In this document: one piece after another, positions 38,262-50,762 of the stretch
Layout: the number at the start of each line of letters is the position of its first letter
How positions within the stretch are numbered: the first letter of the stretch is position 1
Assembly: GCA_038087875.1 (NCBI GenBank)
Contig: CM075978.1
Span: forward strand, 181,536,001-181,600,000
DNA from: Malacoraja senta
Lineage: Eukaryota
Reading direction: 5' to 3'
Length of the DNA stretch: 64,000 bases
Position numbers and translations under genes: made by a program
Notes under the pieces: model-generated
Database searches by the model: none
What the model saw: the letters and a program-made list of their open reading frames with translations, nothing else
What the model was told of the DNA's origin: nothing

Positions 38262-39734
38262 TAGAGTTGCAGCTTTATTTCCTGCATTCTAAAAGAGATG
38301 GCTACACAAGTAGTGGATGGACTAGTGATAATCTTCCTACATTTCCTAAATCGTGAACTGCCTTACATGGAACTGCCTTATATATTGCATCACTTTCAGG
38401 AATGTGGTTTATGTTGACATCAATTGTTGGCAAAACATTCTCATGGATATGGTGACAAGATACTTAGAAATCATAACATGATAAGGCAGAGACAATGTAG
38501 TTTTATGAAAGGAAAATCATCTGGTTAATCTATGAGAGCTTTTCAGAATGTAATTAGCAGGGTTGGAGGAGTTCACAGCAACATGAATAAAAATTGATTA
38601 AAGGACAGAAAACAAAGGAATAAACAAGGTATTGTTCTTGGGGTGCCGCAGGGATTAGTATTTGTTTACTTCATAGTTAACATTAATTGTTAAAAAAAGT
38701 AGAATGCAACATATCCAGGTTCGCCTATGATTCAGAGGAGGGTGGCAAAAGTGAACTGTGATGAGGATACAAAGATTTATCAGAGGGATATAAACAGGTG
38801 AAGTAAGTGGGCACAGAGCTGGCAGATGGCATATAATGAAGTTATTTATTTTGAGAAGGAAAAGCAGAAATACCAGGAACTGTTGCTACTGGTTTATTAA
38901 AAATATATACATAGTGCTGGAATAACTCAGCGGGTCAGGCAGCATCTCTGGAGTACGCGGATAGTTGACGTTTCAGGTCAGGACCTTTCTTCAGACTGAA
39001 GGATAAATAGAATTATTAAAGTGATGAGATATTGCAAATGATGACAATCTTGCTGCACTCATTCATGAAAAGCAGAAAGTAGATAAGCAGAAGCAGCACA
39101 CAATTAACAGGTTAATAGAATGCAGGGATTTATTGCAAGGGGTTTGGAATACAAAAATAATGAATATTTAGAGAACAGTACACAGTTTTGAGCTCCATTC
39201 TTGAGGAAGGATTCCCAACCCACTTTCTCCTGCCTGTGTCTACCCCCCCCCCCCCCCTGCCCAGTGCACACCCATTTCTCTATCTCTCACTAATCCAGTC
39301 ACCGAGCTACTTTCCCTTCTTCCATACACTAATTTCCCATCCTGGAGTCCCTCATTTCCCTTTTATCCACCCCCCCTTTTTCCATTACCCCCCTTCCACC
39401 CATATCCCTCTGGATTTATTCCACCCATCTGCCAGTCAACCCCCCCACCCCCCCCCCACCACCTGTATCCACCTATCACTTGCAAAGCCTTTGTGCTGGC
39501 TCACCTCTCTTTTCCAACTTTCTTCCCCCTACTGGTATGAAGAAGGGATCTAACCAGAAAAATTATTTGCCAATTCCCTCGACAGATGTTGCCTGAACTG
39601 CTGAGTTCTTCCGGTGCTTTGTGTTTTGCGAAGGATATACTGTACACGTACCTAGTCTGGGGTTTACATGGTGTAGATTTACTGGGCTACTGCTGGGATG
39701 AACACGTTTTCCAATGAGGAGAGATTGTGTAAGA

Positions 39735-40800
39735 TTAGTCTGCACTTGAATTTTAGGGCACCCGGATCCCGGCGGCAGGGCCCGAGTACGGGGGGGGAGT
39801 GGTCGGGGGGTGGGGGGGTGTGACGTCACTCGTAGCGCGAGCAAGAAGACAGCAGCTTTTTTTCCCCAAAGTCTTTTCAGATTTTTTTTACATTTTCATT
39901 AATAACTGGAGAAATAAAGCATGAATTTTTAAGATAATGTGATCTTGGAGTCCAGGGTGGAAATCTTTACCGGAATATGTAAAAATGTTACCGTTAGAGT
40001 GTCGGTTTTTTCGTGAAAATGTGATTACACACAAACACACACACACATCCAAGATCAGAGTTTTAATAGTTACTAGACCAAGTGGGACCTGTTTGTTCAC
40101 ACACACGCTAACCATCTCCCCCCCACATACATACACTAACCACCCCCCTTGATATTATATTAATATTATTCATTTGCTCCTTTTACCCCATCTGCGCCCT
40201 ATCCACTCACCTATAGCTCCCAACGCGCAGGCGCGTCTTGAGAGGGAGGGGGGTAGAGATACAGGGCAGAGAGAGAGGGAGGGGCAGAGAGAGAGGGAGG
40301 GGCAGACAGAGAGAGGGGGAAGAGAGGGGGGAGAGAGAGAGAGGGGAGAGAGAGAGGGGGAGAGGGGAGAAGGGGAGGGGGAGAGTGGGGGTGCGAGAGG
40401 GGGAGAGAGAGGGGGAGGGGGGAGGAGAGAGAGAGGAGAGGGGGGAGGATAGAGGGGGGGAGAGAGGGGGAGGGGCAGGGAGAGGGAGAGGACGGACTTG
40501 AACTCAGCGAGCGGGGCAGATGCTGAGCGGGCGGGGCGGGGTGGACGCTGAGCGGCGGGGCGGATGCTGAGCGGGCGGGGCAGGGCGGACGGTCGGCCGA
40601 GCGGGGCGGATGGCGAGCGGGCGGGGCATGCGGCGGGCGGGGCGGATGGCGAGCGGGCAGCGAGCGGCTGCCGACCAAAGGACTGCGAATGGGGGGGGGG
40701 GTGGGGGTTTGAAGTCACTCGCAGAGTGTAACTTTATCGTTAGCACGTCGTTTTTTCGAGAAGATGTGATTATAGACAAACAACAAATACACACACAAGC
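39735..40800 (-). mobile_element. Two head-to-tail Helitron-like copies (C, D) with a polypurine middle
   Basis: CAAGATCAGAGTTTTAATAGT (5' end of C) abuts CTAG at 40073-40076 (3' end of D); (GA/GGGA)n tract 40240-40490. Confidence 0.6.
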
Positions 40801-41213
40801 CACAAGTAGCCACAAGCAGAGACTATTTCCCAGGATGGGAATATCAAATAGTAGAGGGCATAGCTTTAATGTGAGAGGGGCAAAGGAGTACTACAACACA
40901 TAACAGGATATTAATAATTGTAATTGATAAATAATTGTAAATTAAGTTCAAAACAGATGAATGTAAGGAAGAACATTCGTGAAGAAAAAGGTAATTTATT
41001 GCTGGAAATATGTAAATATTAAGAAATCACCGAAAGTTGCCATACACATTTGCATTACTATAAAAAGAATGTTTCAATCTCGAGCGTAAGATTGGAAGAG
41101 TGGGGAAATTACACGAAAAACTAATATTGAATCTCTGTCCAGTTTTTTTTTCCATACTATAAAAATAATATGGAGGCATAGGAGAGGTTGACAGATTAGA
41201 TTTATAAATTTAA

Positions 41214-42425
41214 CTAGACTAAGCTGGACCCGTTGGGTCCCAGTCACACAGGAGGCCTGGTCCCCCAACGCAACCTGTTCCCCAACACAATATTCCACTA
41301 CTCAGCCGTTCCCCCAATGCAATCCGTTTCCCTAACGCAGTAGTGGGGGGATAGGGGGGGAGTAGTGGGGGTGTGTGTGGGCGAGGGAGGGGGTGTGTGG
41401 GGCGCAGAGAGCACGGAGAAAAGACGGGGGAAGAGTCATGGGGGAGTGGGGGTATCACGGGGGAGGGGGACAGGAGCCAGGGAGGGGGACCAGAGGGGAA
41501 GGAGCTGGAGCTTGTGGGCCAGTGCACCCAGCCCCACCAACGGCCAAAATCACCAGCTCCTGGCCTCGGCCCCACCAGCGCCAGGCCCCATCCTCACCAG
41601 CGCCCGGCCTCACCAGCACCCGGCCTCAGCCCCACCAGCGCCCGGCCTCACCAGCGCCCGGTCCAGGCCTTACCAGTGCCCGGCACTGGCCACACCAGCG
41701 CACGGCCCCACCAGCGTTCGGCCCCGAACCACCAACGCCTGGCTCCGGCCCCACCAGCGCCCGGCCCCACCAGCGCCTGGCCTCACCAGCGCCCGGTCCC
41801 ACCAGCACCCTGCCCCACCAGCGCCCAGCCCGGCCGCACCAGCACCCGGCCCCACCAGCGCCCGGCCCCACCAGCGCCCGGCTCCCTCAATCCCCCCATT
41901 TTCCCTCCTCACTTCCCAGGATCTCTAGGTTGCTGCAGTCGGCCAGGCTCTGGGCCGCTCCGCACTGCTCACTCCGCTCCTTCAGCTTTATTGTGACAGA
42001 TAAAGCTGAAGGAGCGGCCAATCGGTGTGGCGATGGTGCGCCGGAAGGGAGGTCGCCGTCCCGGCCTGGGTGGTGACGTCCTGGGTGATTGACAGGAGAG
42101 GAGACCAATCTCCTGACAGGAGAGGAGACCAATCTGCATATGCACAGTTTTAAAGATTTTTAAGCCTCGCTAACTTTTACAATATGCCACTGATTGGAAC
42201 GAAACTTGTTGCACTCGCAGCACAGGAGAACGGTGAGTGAGGTGGCGAAAAATCATAGCATTATCGGGTACCGGTTTTGCGCAAATAGAAAAACCGTGCA
42301 AACCGGAAGAGCACAAGATCAGAGTTTTAGTTATGTGTAAAAAAAATAAAAAATAAAAGAATAGAGAAGATAGAGGTAGATAGTAGATGGATGGATGGAT
42401 GGATGGATAGATAGATAGATAGATA
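41214..42425 (-). mobile_element. Non-autonomous Helitron-like element (copy E) with an internal 17-bp tandem array
   Basis: 3' CTAG|T at 41214-41217 with hairpin GGACCC-GTT-GGGTCC 41226-41240; CCCCACCAGCGCCCGGC array ~41570-41882; 5' end in (GATA/GGAT)n. Confidence 0.72.
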
Positions 42426-42611
42426 AAAGGAGTAATATTTGCTTTGATATAAGGAAGCTTAATTGTGATCTAATATAGATCTTTAAAATTATGTAAAGGT
42501 TTGATCGAATGAACACTGTGAAAATATTTCCACGTGAAGAAAATCATAATTATGGCCTATCAATGTTGGATAGTGTCAAGAAATCTAAAATGGATTCAGA
42601 AAACATTTTGG

Positions 42612-42840
42612 ATGCCACAGCGCCAGAGATGTGGGTTTGATTTTAACCTCGGGTGCTGTTTGTGTGGAGTTTGCAAGTTCTACCTGGGACTGCATGGTTT
42701 GTAGGTTACTTGGCTTCTATAAATTATCCCTCATGTGTAGGGAGTGGTGGAAGGTTTAATAACATAGCATTTGTGTGGACGGGAATCAACGGTTGCTATG
42801 GTCTCAGTGGCCCAAAGAACCTGTTTCCATGCTGTATCTT
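42612..42840 (+). mobile_element. Old V-SINE-like SINE
   Basis: CACAGCGCCAGAGA..GTGTGGAGTTTGCA..CCTGTTTCCATGCTGTATC. Confidence 0.65.
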
Positions 42841-42974
42841 TGGCTGCAAGAGGAGCAGGGCAGGGAACTGAATATTCAGGCCTATCGAAAAGACAGGTGG
42901 GCAGAGAGGGTGGGGTAGCTCTGTTGGTAAGGAAAGAAATTCAGTCCCTTGCGAGGGTTGGCATAGAATCTAAC

Positions 42975-45900
42975 ATGAGTTCTCCAACATGAGTTCAGAG
43001 AGTTGGGAAGAAGACTGAAAAGCCGGACTTCTAGGGTGGTTATCTCTGGATTGCTTCCAGTACCTCGTGCGAGTGAGGACAGGAACAGGGAGATAGGGGA
43101 TCTGAATGTGTGGCTGAGGGGCGGGAGCAGGGAGCAAGGATTTAGATTTATAGACCACTGGGATCTCTTCTGGGGTAGGGGTGACCTGTACAAAAGGGAC
43201 GGGTTAAACCTTAACTGGAGGGGAGCCGACATTCTGGCAGGCAGGTTTGCTAGGGCTACACTTGTGGGTTTAAACTAAATAGTGGGGGGGGGGAGGGATT
43301 GATAAATTGGGAGTATAAAGATGGAGTTGAAGGGGAAGTGACTACAGGAAAAATTACAAAAGATTCTCAAATTAATGGGAAGGAAAGCTCGAGAAAGGAC
43401 AACAGAGTAAGGTCAGGACCAATTGCGAGCGGTGCGAGGGGGGAAGTGAATACGGAGGTCAAAGTACTGTATATGAATGTGCAAAGTATAAGGAATAAAG
43501 TGGACAAGCTTGAGGCTCAGTTTGAAACTGGCAAGTATGATGTTGTGGGAATTACTGAGACATGGCTGCAAGAGGGCCAGGGCTGGGAACTGAATATTCA
43601 AGGGTATACCTCCTATCGAAAAGACAGACAGGTGGGCAGAGGGGGTGGGGTTGCCCTGTTGGTGAGGAATGAAATTCAGTCCCTTGCAAGGGGTGACATT
43701 GAAACAGGAGATGTGGAGTTAGTATGGATAGAACTAAGGAATTGTAAGGGTAAAAAGACCCTAATGGGACTAATCTACAGGCCCCCAAACAGTAGCCTGG
43801 ACATAGGGCGCAAGTTGAATCAGGAGTTAAAATTGGCATGTAGCAAAAGTAATGCTGTGGTTGTTATGGGAGATTTCAACATGCAAGTAGACTGGGAAAA
43901 TCAGGTTGGTACTGGACCCCAAAAAAGGGACTTTGTAGAGTGCCTTCGTGATGGATTTTTAGAACAGCTTGTATTGGAGCCTACCAGGGAGAAGGCAATT
44001 CTGGATTTAGTGTTATGTGATGAACCGGATTTGATAAAGGACCTCGAGGGTTAATGAGCCATTAGGAGGCAGTGACCATAACATGGTCAGCTTTAATCTA
44101 CAATTGGAGAGGGGGAAGGGTAGATCGGAGGTGTCAGTGTTGCAGTTGAATAAAGGGGACTATGGGGCCATGAGGGAGGAGCTGGCCAAAGTTGACTGGA
44201 AAGATACACTAACAGGGATGACAGTGGAACAAAAATGGCAGGTGTTTCTAGGAATAATGCAGAAGGTGCAGGATCAGTTCATTCCTAGGAGGAAGAAAGA
44301 TTCCAAGGGGAGAAAGGGACGACCATGGCTGACAAGGGACGTCAGGGACAGTATAAAAATTAAAGTGAAGAAGTACAACGTAGCAAAGATGAGCAAAGAT
44401 CATCTTTGCTACGTTGTACTTCTTCACTTTAAGAGGATTAGGTAATGTTTAAAGAACAACAGAAGATAACCAAAAAGACAATACGGGGAGAAAAGATGAG
44501 GTACAAAGGTAAGCTAGCCAGGAATATAAAGCAGGATAGTAAAAGCTTCTTTAGGTATGTGAAGATGAAAAAAATAGTTAAGACCAAAGTTGGACCCTTG
44601 AAGACCGAAAAAGGTGAATTTATTATGGGGAACAAGGAAATGGCAGATGAGTTGAACAGGTACTTTGGATCTGTCTTCACTAAGGAGGACACAAACAATC
44701 TTCCTGATATAGTAGTGGCCAGAGGATCTGGGGTGACAGAGGAACTGAAGGAAATCCACATTAGGCAGGAAATGGTGTTGGATAGACTGATGGGACTGAA
44801 GGCTGATAAATCCCCAGGGCCTGATGGTCTGCATCCCAGGGTACTTAAGGAAGTGGCTCTAGAAATCGTGGATGCATTGGTGATAATTTTCCAATGTTCT
44901 ATAGACTCAGGATCAGTTCCTGTGGATTGGAGGGTAGCTGAAGTTATCCCACTTTTTAAGAAAGGAGGGAGAGAGCAAACGGGGAATTATGGACCAGTTA
45001 GCCGGACATCGGTGGAGGGGAAGATGCTGGAGTCAATTATAAAAGATGATAGCGGCACATTTGGATAGCAGTAACAGGATCGGTCCAAGTCAGCATGGAT
45101 TTACTATGGGGAAATCATGCTTGACTAATCTGGGATTTTTTTAGGTTGTATCTAGGAAAATGGACAAGGGAGAGCCAGTGGATGTAGTGTTCCTGGACTT
45201 TCAGAAAGCCTTTGATAAGGTCCTACATAGGAGATTAGTGGGAAAAATTAGAGCACATGGTATTGGATGTAGGGTACTGACATGGATAGAAAATTGGTTG
45301 GTAGACAGGAAACAAAGTGTAGGGATTAACGGGTCCCTTTCAGAATGACAGGCAGTGACTAGTGTGGTACCGCAAGGCTCGGTGCTGGGACCGCAGCTAT
45401 TTACAATATACATTAATGATTTGATGAAGGGATTCAAAGTAACATTAGCAAATTAGCAGATGACACAAAGCTGGGTGGCAGTGTGAACTGTGAGGAGGAT
45501 ACTATGAGGATGCAGGGTGCCTCGGAATGGTTGGGTGAGTGGGCAGATGCATGGCAGATGCAGTATTTTGTGGATAAATGTGAGGTTATCCACTTTGGTG
45601 GCAAGAACAGGAAGCAGATTATTATCTGAATGGTGTCAAGTTAGGAAAAGGGGAAGTACAGTGAGATCTGGGTGTCCTTGTTCATCAGTCACTGAAAGTA
45701 AGCTTGCAGGTGCAGCAGGCAGTGATGAAAGCTAATGGCATTTTGGGCTTCATAACAAGAGGAGTTCAGTATAGGAGCAAAGAGGTCCTTATGGAGTTGT
45801 ACAGGGCCCTAGTGAGACCACACCTGGTGTATTGTGTGCAGTTTTGGTCTCCAAATTAGAGGAAGGACATTCTTGCTATTGAGGGAATGCAGCGTAGGTT

Positions 45901-46376
45901 CACGAGGTTAATTCCCGGGATGGCAGGACTGTCATATTATGAACGAATGGAGCGACTGGGCTTGTATACACTGGAATTTAGAAGGATGAGAGGGAATCTA
46001 ATTGAAACATATAAGATTATTAAGGGATTGGACACGCTAGAGGCAGGAAACATGTTCCCGATGTTGGGGGAGTCCAGAACCAGGGGCCACAATTTAAGAA
46101 TAAGGGGTAGGCCATTTGGAACGGAGATGAGGAAAAACGTTTTCACCCAGAGAGTTGTGAATCTGTGGAATTCTCTGCCTCAGAAGGCAGTGGAGGCCAA
46201 TTCTCTGGATGCTTTCAAGAGAGTTAGATAGAGCTCTTAAAGATAGTGGAGTCAAGGGATATGGGGAGTAGGCAGGAACGGGTTACTGATTGTGGATGAT
46301 GAGCCATGATCCCAGTGAATGGCGGTGCTGGCCCAAAGGGCCGAATGGCCTACTCCTGCACCTATTGTCTATTGTC
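42975..46376 (+). mobile_element. Long CR1 LINE: ORF1 C-terminus (SGNH esterase-like) and ORF2 APE endonuclease + RT, with frameshifts and stops
   Basis: DGLNLN motif; YMNVQSIRNK, GITETW, MGDFN (APE); KSPGPDGLHPRVLKE, FLDFQKAFD; CR1 3' tail CTATTGTCTATTG. Confidence 0.96.
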
Positions 46377-46510
46377 ATATAATTTACAACAGATTGCCAT
46401 GGTGACTGAGAGTTCCGCCACTGGTTGCTGATGGCCTGAATCGTTTGGGTTGTTCAGAGGAGCCTTCACTTCCGGACCTTCAGCACTCACTGCCTGTGGA
46501 GCAAATGCTG

Positions 46511-46890
46511 CCTTACAACCCGGCGGTATGAATATTGATTTCTCTAACTTCAAGTAACCCTTGCATCCCCTCTCTCTCTCTCTCTCTCTTCATCCCTCCC
46601 TGTGGTCCTGCTGAGTTTCACTGTTTGTATCACTCGTTATCACCTTCCCCACAGCCAACAATTGACTATTGTGGGCTCCACCTCTCCTTGATCATCGTTG
46701 CTGGCGTTGATTTGTCCTTTTGCATACATTTCATTCATTTGTTCTTTGTACCTTTTCATATCTCTCGTTTCCCACTCCCCCTGTCTCTCTCAGGCTGAAG
46801 AAGGGTCTCTATCCTAAACGTCACCCATTTCTTGTCTCCAGAGATGCAGCCCGTCCCGCCGAGTTACTCCAGCATTTTGCGCCTCCCTTC
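46511..46890 (+). mobile_element. Penelope 3' fragment in the RFWD3 proximal promoter
   Basis: LQPGGMNIDFSNFK* remnant; degenerate hammerhead 46795-46822; TSD GGAGCAAATGC(T/C)G 46498-46510 / 46891-46903. Confidence 0.85.
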
Positions 46891-46904
46891 GGAGCAAATG
46901 CCGT

Positions 46905-47400
46905 TGATTGACGAACCGATCCCACGTCTGGCTGGGCAGTGAGCGCTGATTGGCAAGTAGAGCCGCACGCTTATTGGCTTTATGTGAACATTACGAGGGG
47001 CAGCGAGCGGCGCTGTGAATCAGTGGCGCGGAGTTTTCAGTTAGAAGCTGAGAAGGAAGAGGGTGAATTATAGGCCGCGGGCCCGTGGCTTACGGGTGAG
47101 TGCCAAGCTTGGACAATAATATCGGAGGGAAGGGGACAGGGAAGGGGAAGGGGAAGGGGAAGGGTGGGGGGGGGGAAATCGCCTTCTCGTCGATACGTAG
47201 AGTTGCGGCAGAGGCCTCTGAAGCCGCGACCTGGTGTTGCAGCGAGTCTGAGCCTAGAGGCCGCCTCTCCCGGTGGCCAAGGCCTTGGTCGAGCGCCATG
47301 TCTGTCGGTTGGGTCAGACGGCGGGCTCGGGCCGTGCTCGAATGCCGACGGAATCACGAAGCAAGCGAGGCCTCTCAGCGACGGTTTGGTGCACACTAAA
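46905..47400 (+). promoter_or_regulatory. RFWD3: RFWD3 promoter / CpG island with non-coding exon 1 (donor after 47095)
   Basis: CpG-rich non-repeat DNA; inverted CCAAT boxes ATTGG at 46949-46953 and 46973-46977; E2F-like TGGCGCGG ~47024; donor CGG|gtgagt at 47095/47096. Confidence 0.75.
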
Positions 47401-48121
47401 CTAACAGGACTTCAAACCGTGGCACTTCTGTCTCCCCCTCTCCTAGGCTATGTACTTTCCTCCCCTTATCTCTGCTGCATTTTCTTCTTCGGTTCGGTTC
47501 CCTTTCACTTTGTCTATTTTAGTTTATCTTATGTTTATGTTCTTTCTCTCTGATCCCTAATCCCTCACATCCAACGAAAAGTGTTCGATCTTAAGTGTTA
47601 CCTCTGTTTACTCTGTTCATAAATGCTGACCTGCTGCGTGTTTTCAGCATTTTCTGTTTTTATTTCTTATTTCCAGCACCTGCAGTTTTTTTTCTTTCTC
47701 TTCCCAGCTTCTTTCATGCTTGACACAAAAGACTGCAGATGCTGAATCTGGAGCAAAATAAAGAGAGCTGTTGGAGGAACTCCGCTGCTCAGGCAAGGTA
47801 TTTGCAGGGAAATGGACAGTTAACTTTTTGTTTTGAGACCTCAATATGTCCCCCCATTTCTTTCTTTCTATGCAGTCTAGCAATCTTACATCCCCACTCC
47901 ATGGTTCCATTGTATCACTTTTCCTGTTGCATATTGTTCTCTTCTCCCTGTCCCTTGGAACTCCTGCTGTTGAGCTCTTATTGGGATGCTGTTTTTGGTC
48001 CTATGCTCATTTCAACATTTGTGATTTCCCATATTAAGAGTATTATTTTAAAAAAAATAACAGGAGTATTCTGTGTTTATTTCCCCTTGCCACTGACTAA
48101 CTATTTCTGTTTTTCCTAGGA

Positions 48122-48471
48122 ATGGCTCAAGAAGTAATCGATGTGGATATGCAGCTTGAGGAGGAAGGTGTCTTATCGCAGTTAAGACTCCATGACCCAG
48201 CTTCAAGGTCAACAGCACCCAGCCCTGATGACGTCCCTGGTGCCATGGAGTCGGGAGAGCTGCCATTCGCAGCAGTAGCTCCAAGTGCTCAGCGTGGTGG
48301 TCTGGAAGCTGCATTACTAACTGAGGAACTTCAGAGACTGCAAGGAGCATTGAGGACAGTAGCCCAGCATTTTTCACTTGGGCAAAGACCTGGTCGTCAA
48401 CGTAGACAGTTAAGGAGGCATAATCGTCGCCAATCAAGTGCAAGTACTTCTCAGAGATCAGTTTCATCCAG
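48122..48471 (+). CDS. RFWD3: RFWD3 first coding exon, disordered N-terminus MAQEVIDVDMQLEEE...SVSS(R)
   Basis: Branch point CTGACTAAC + ttcctag acceptor (exon starts 48120), ATG 48122, donor AG|gtaat; MAxE start resembles vertebrate RFWD3; splices in frame through to the RING exon. Confidence 0.85.
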
Positions 48472-48651
48472 GTAATCTGTAGCTGGGAAGTGACAAAGAA
48501 TTGAGAATCTAATGGCTATAATATTAATTTTTTTAACATTAAGAAACATTAACCATATTTGTTTTGATACTTTAGATGAGTTTCTGCCAGTGTTTTTCAA
48601 TCATGTTCTCAGATCTGGTAGGACTGATGTCCTATAAAGGTATTTGGTTAG

Positions 48652-48744
48652 CAAAAAATGCTGGAGAAGTGGGGTAAGGCAGGGGTGAGGCAGCATCTCT
48701 GGAGAGAAGGAATTGGTTATTTGGGTTGAGACCCTTCTTCAGAC
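48652..48744 (-). mobile_element. 93-bp Penelope-terminus insertion
   Basis: TSD TATTTGGTTAG 48641-48651 / 48745-48755; element 5' end is GTCTGAAGA. Confidence 0.8.
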
Positions 48745-49370
48745 TATTTGGTTAGGTGAATTTATGATTTCTGAGAATTTGCTGCTGTCCATGTATGGAT
48801 ATTTGACAAGATCTCAAGGCTACCAAATGATTTAAATTTTTTCTTGGTTTTGCTGCTTAGAGATTTTCTTTATTGCCTTGCTTTGTCACGCAGCTTAACC
48901 CTGCCACCCTCAAACAATCTAGAAACACTCCAATAATCAAGCTCCGGCCAAGTGTGTTTCTTAGAAAACATAGAAAAATAAGTGCAGGAGTAGGCCATTT
49001 GGCTTTTCGAGCCATCACTGCCATTCAATATGATCATTGGAATTCATATGATAATCCACTGGTTATCTTATTCTGCAAGCAACTTTTATTGACTGGTGCT
49101 ATGAATACATTTTGCTAAGATGCTCCTCTAACTTCATTAGGGAGCTTCAATTTCCTGAAGGCACATCCTGATTGAAGTAAAGTACAACTCAGAACTGATG
49201 GCACTGTCCAAGTGTCATGGTGACAAATCTTTCTGGTGGCTGGAGGGTTGAAGAAAAATTCTTCCAGATTGAATTTTGATTTGATATGTGTGTTTGTTTG
49301 ACATTTACCTTCACGATTCTGGTATCTTATGACTTGGAATAAAATTGATATGCAATTCTTTTAATTATAG

Positions 49371-49573
49371 GTCTGGAGCTTTAGATAACTACTTTCGGGT
49401 TAATAGGCAACAGCGCACAGTAACAGATGGACTTGTGCAATATGGAGCAGATGAGGTGAGCAGTGAAGATTCAAGCACTGATCAGAGCACTGATCTCAGT
49501 GAATCAGAGGAGAGTGGTAGCAGCACAGAAATAGAAGATGACTATGGAAGAAATGAGTCTGTGGCAATCTCTG
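49371..49573 (+). CDS. RFWD3: RFWD3 exon 3: SGALDNYFRVNRQQ...acidic Ser-rich tract
   Basis: ttatag|G..G|gtgag, 203 nt, phase 2->1, open frame. Confidence 0.87.
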
Positions 49574-50762
49574 GTGAGTTGAGGAGCTTTGTGTCATTGT
49601 TAATGTCAAACTGTTTCACTTATAGCAGGGTAAATCTAATGAATAATGCATACATTTTCAGTGGGGATGGAACTTTTATCCATTGAATTTTATTCCATGT
49701 TTGCATTTAATTGCCAGCCTTTCACCAGTATGAACATTTCTTCCGACTAAATAAAATTGGCTGAAGACTGGCTTCTGTAATTGGGGAAGGAAAAAGCCAA
49801 GTTGGATTCATCTATTTGGGTATACTGTTGTAGGTGATTGTAAAAGCTTAAGCCTCTTACATTTTCTTGTTTGTCTCCAACTCAATGAGGATGATGATTT
49901 AAGTGTCCAACGGGTCATTCACAACTGCAGCACTTTCAAATGATCCAGTTGTTAATGGAATCATGTAGTTTTAGCTACAGCACATAATTTCGAATCAGCA
50001 TTTATGTGTTCCTGTGCTTTGCACTGCCAGGTTGGCATCCAACTTTTGATATTCCTGATGCTGCATCTGGCCTGCAACCTTCATTAACTCTAGATTGTGC
50101 CCTTTGCTTGATGGCAATGATGGTGCAAGGTTCGTTTAATCACTAATTAATGGTGATATACAGTCTACTGTTGTATCCTCATCATGGCACTGTTTTGATT
50201 TCCTGGATCTGTTCTGCATCATCTACATTCATTATGGTGGTGGTGTGACCCAACAGTGTCCTCGCAGAAGACAAGCTGTAGAAGGACTATGCAGAATTCA
50301 GTTTGTTTTCCAATACGTTAGTGTTTATTGGTAAATCTATTCAAATTAATTTGTTTGCTTTTAAGGCAAGCTGAGGATGCTGAAATTGTGATAAACATGC
50401 ATTGTGCTTGTTTGGTTTCTAAAACCCAATGCTCGTGTTTAAATTTGATTTGCTATTTATCCAACTTTAATGTACATTTAAGCAATCAGCTATGTCTGTT
50501 TCTCCACTCTTCAATTTTGTATGTAAATGTAACACCCTTGTTTTTCCCCATGACTCTTTATTCAGCAACACCGTCTGTCTGACATTATACTAACCCTGCA
50601 CTTTTTGTTTAAGTAATTATCTTGTTCCACCCATTTCTCCTTTTAAAATAAAAATACATCTTTCATTAGTTCCAAATGTATCTGTGAATGGCGCTATTAC
50701 ATTTTCCTATATTACTTGAACTGATCTACTTTCACAAAGTTAAAGATGAGCAAAAGGTTCTT

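Noticed and set aside
40170-40903. Long Pro/Ser- and Gly/Glu/Arg-rich ORFs (also 22593-23035 and 26776-27235)
   Set aside because: Low-complexity purine/pyrimidine tracts
41365-42076. Three overlapping 187-233 aa Pro/Ala-rich ORFs
   Set aside because: Produced by a stop-free 17-bp GC-rich tandem array inside a Helitron-like element; open in all frames, no splice context
48048-48467. 139-aa antisense ORF (similarly 4190-4495, 13073-13381, 53352-53609)
   Set aside because: Shadows of genuine + strand exons
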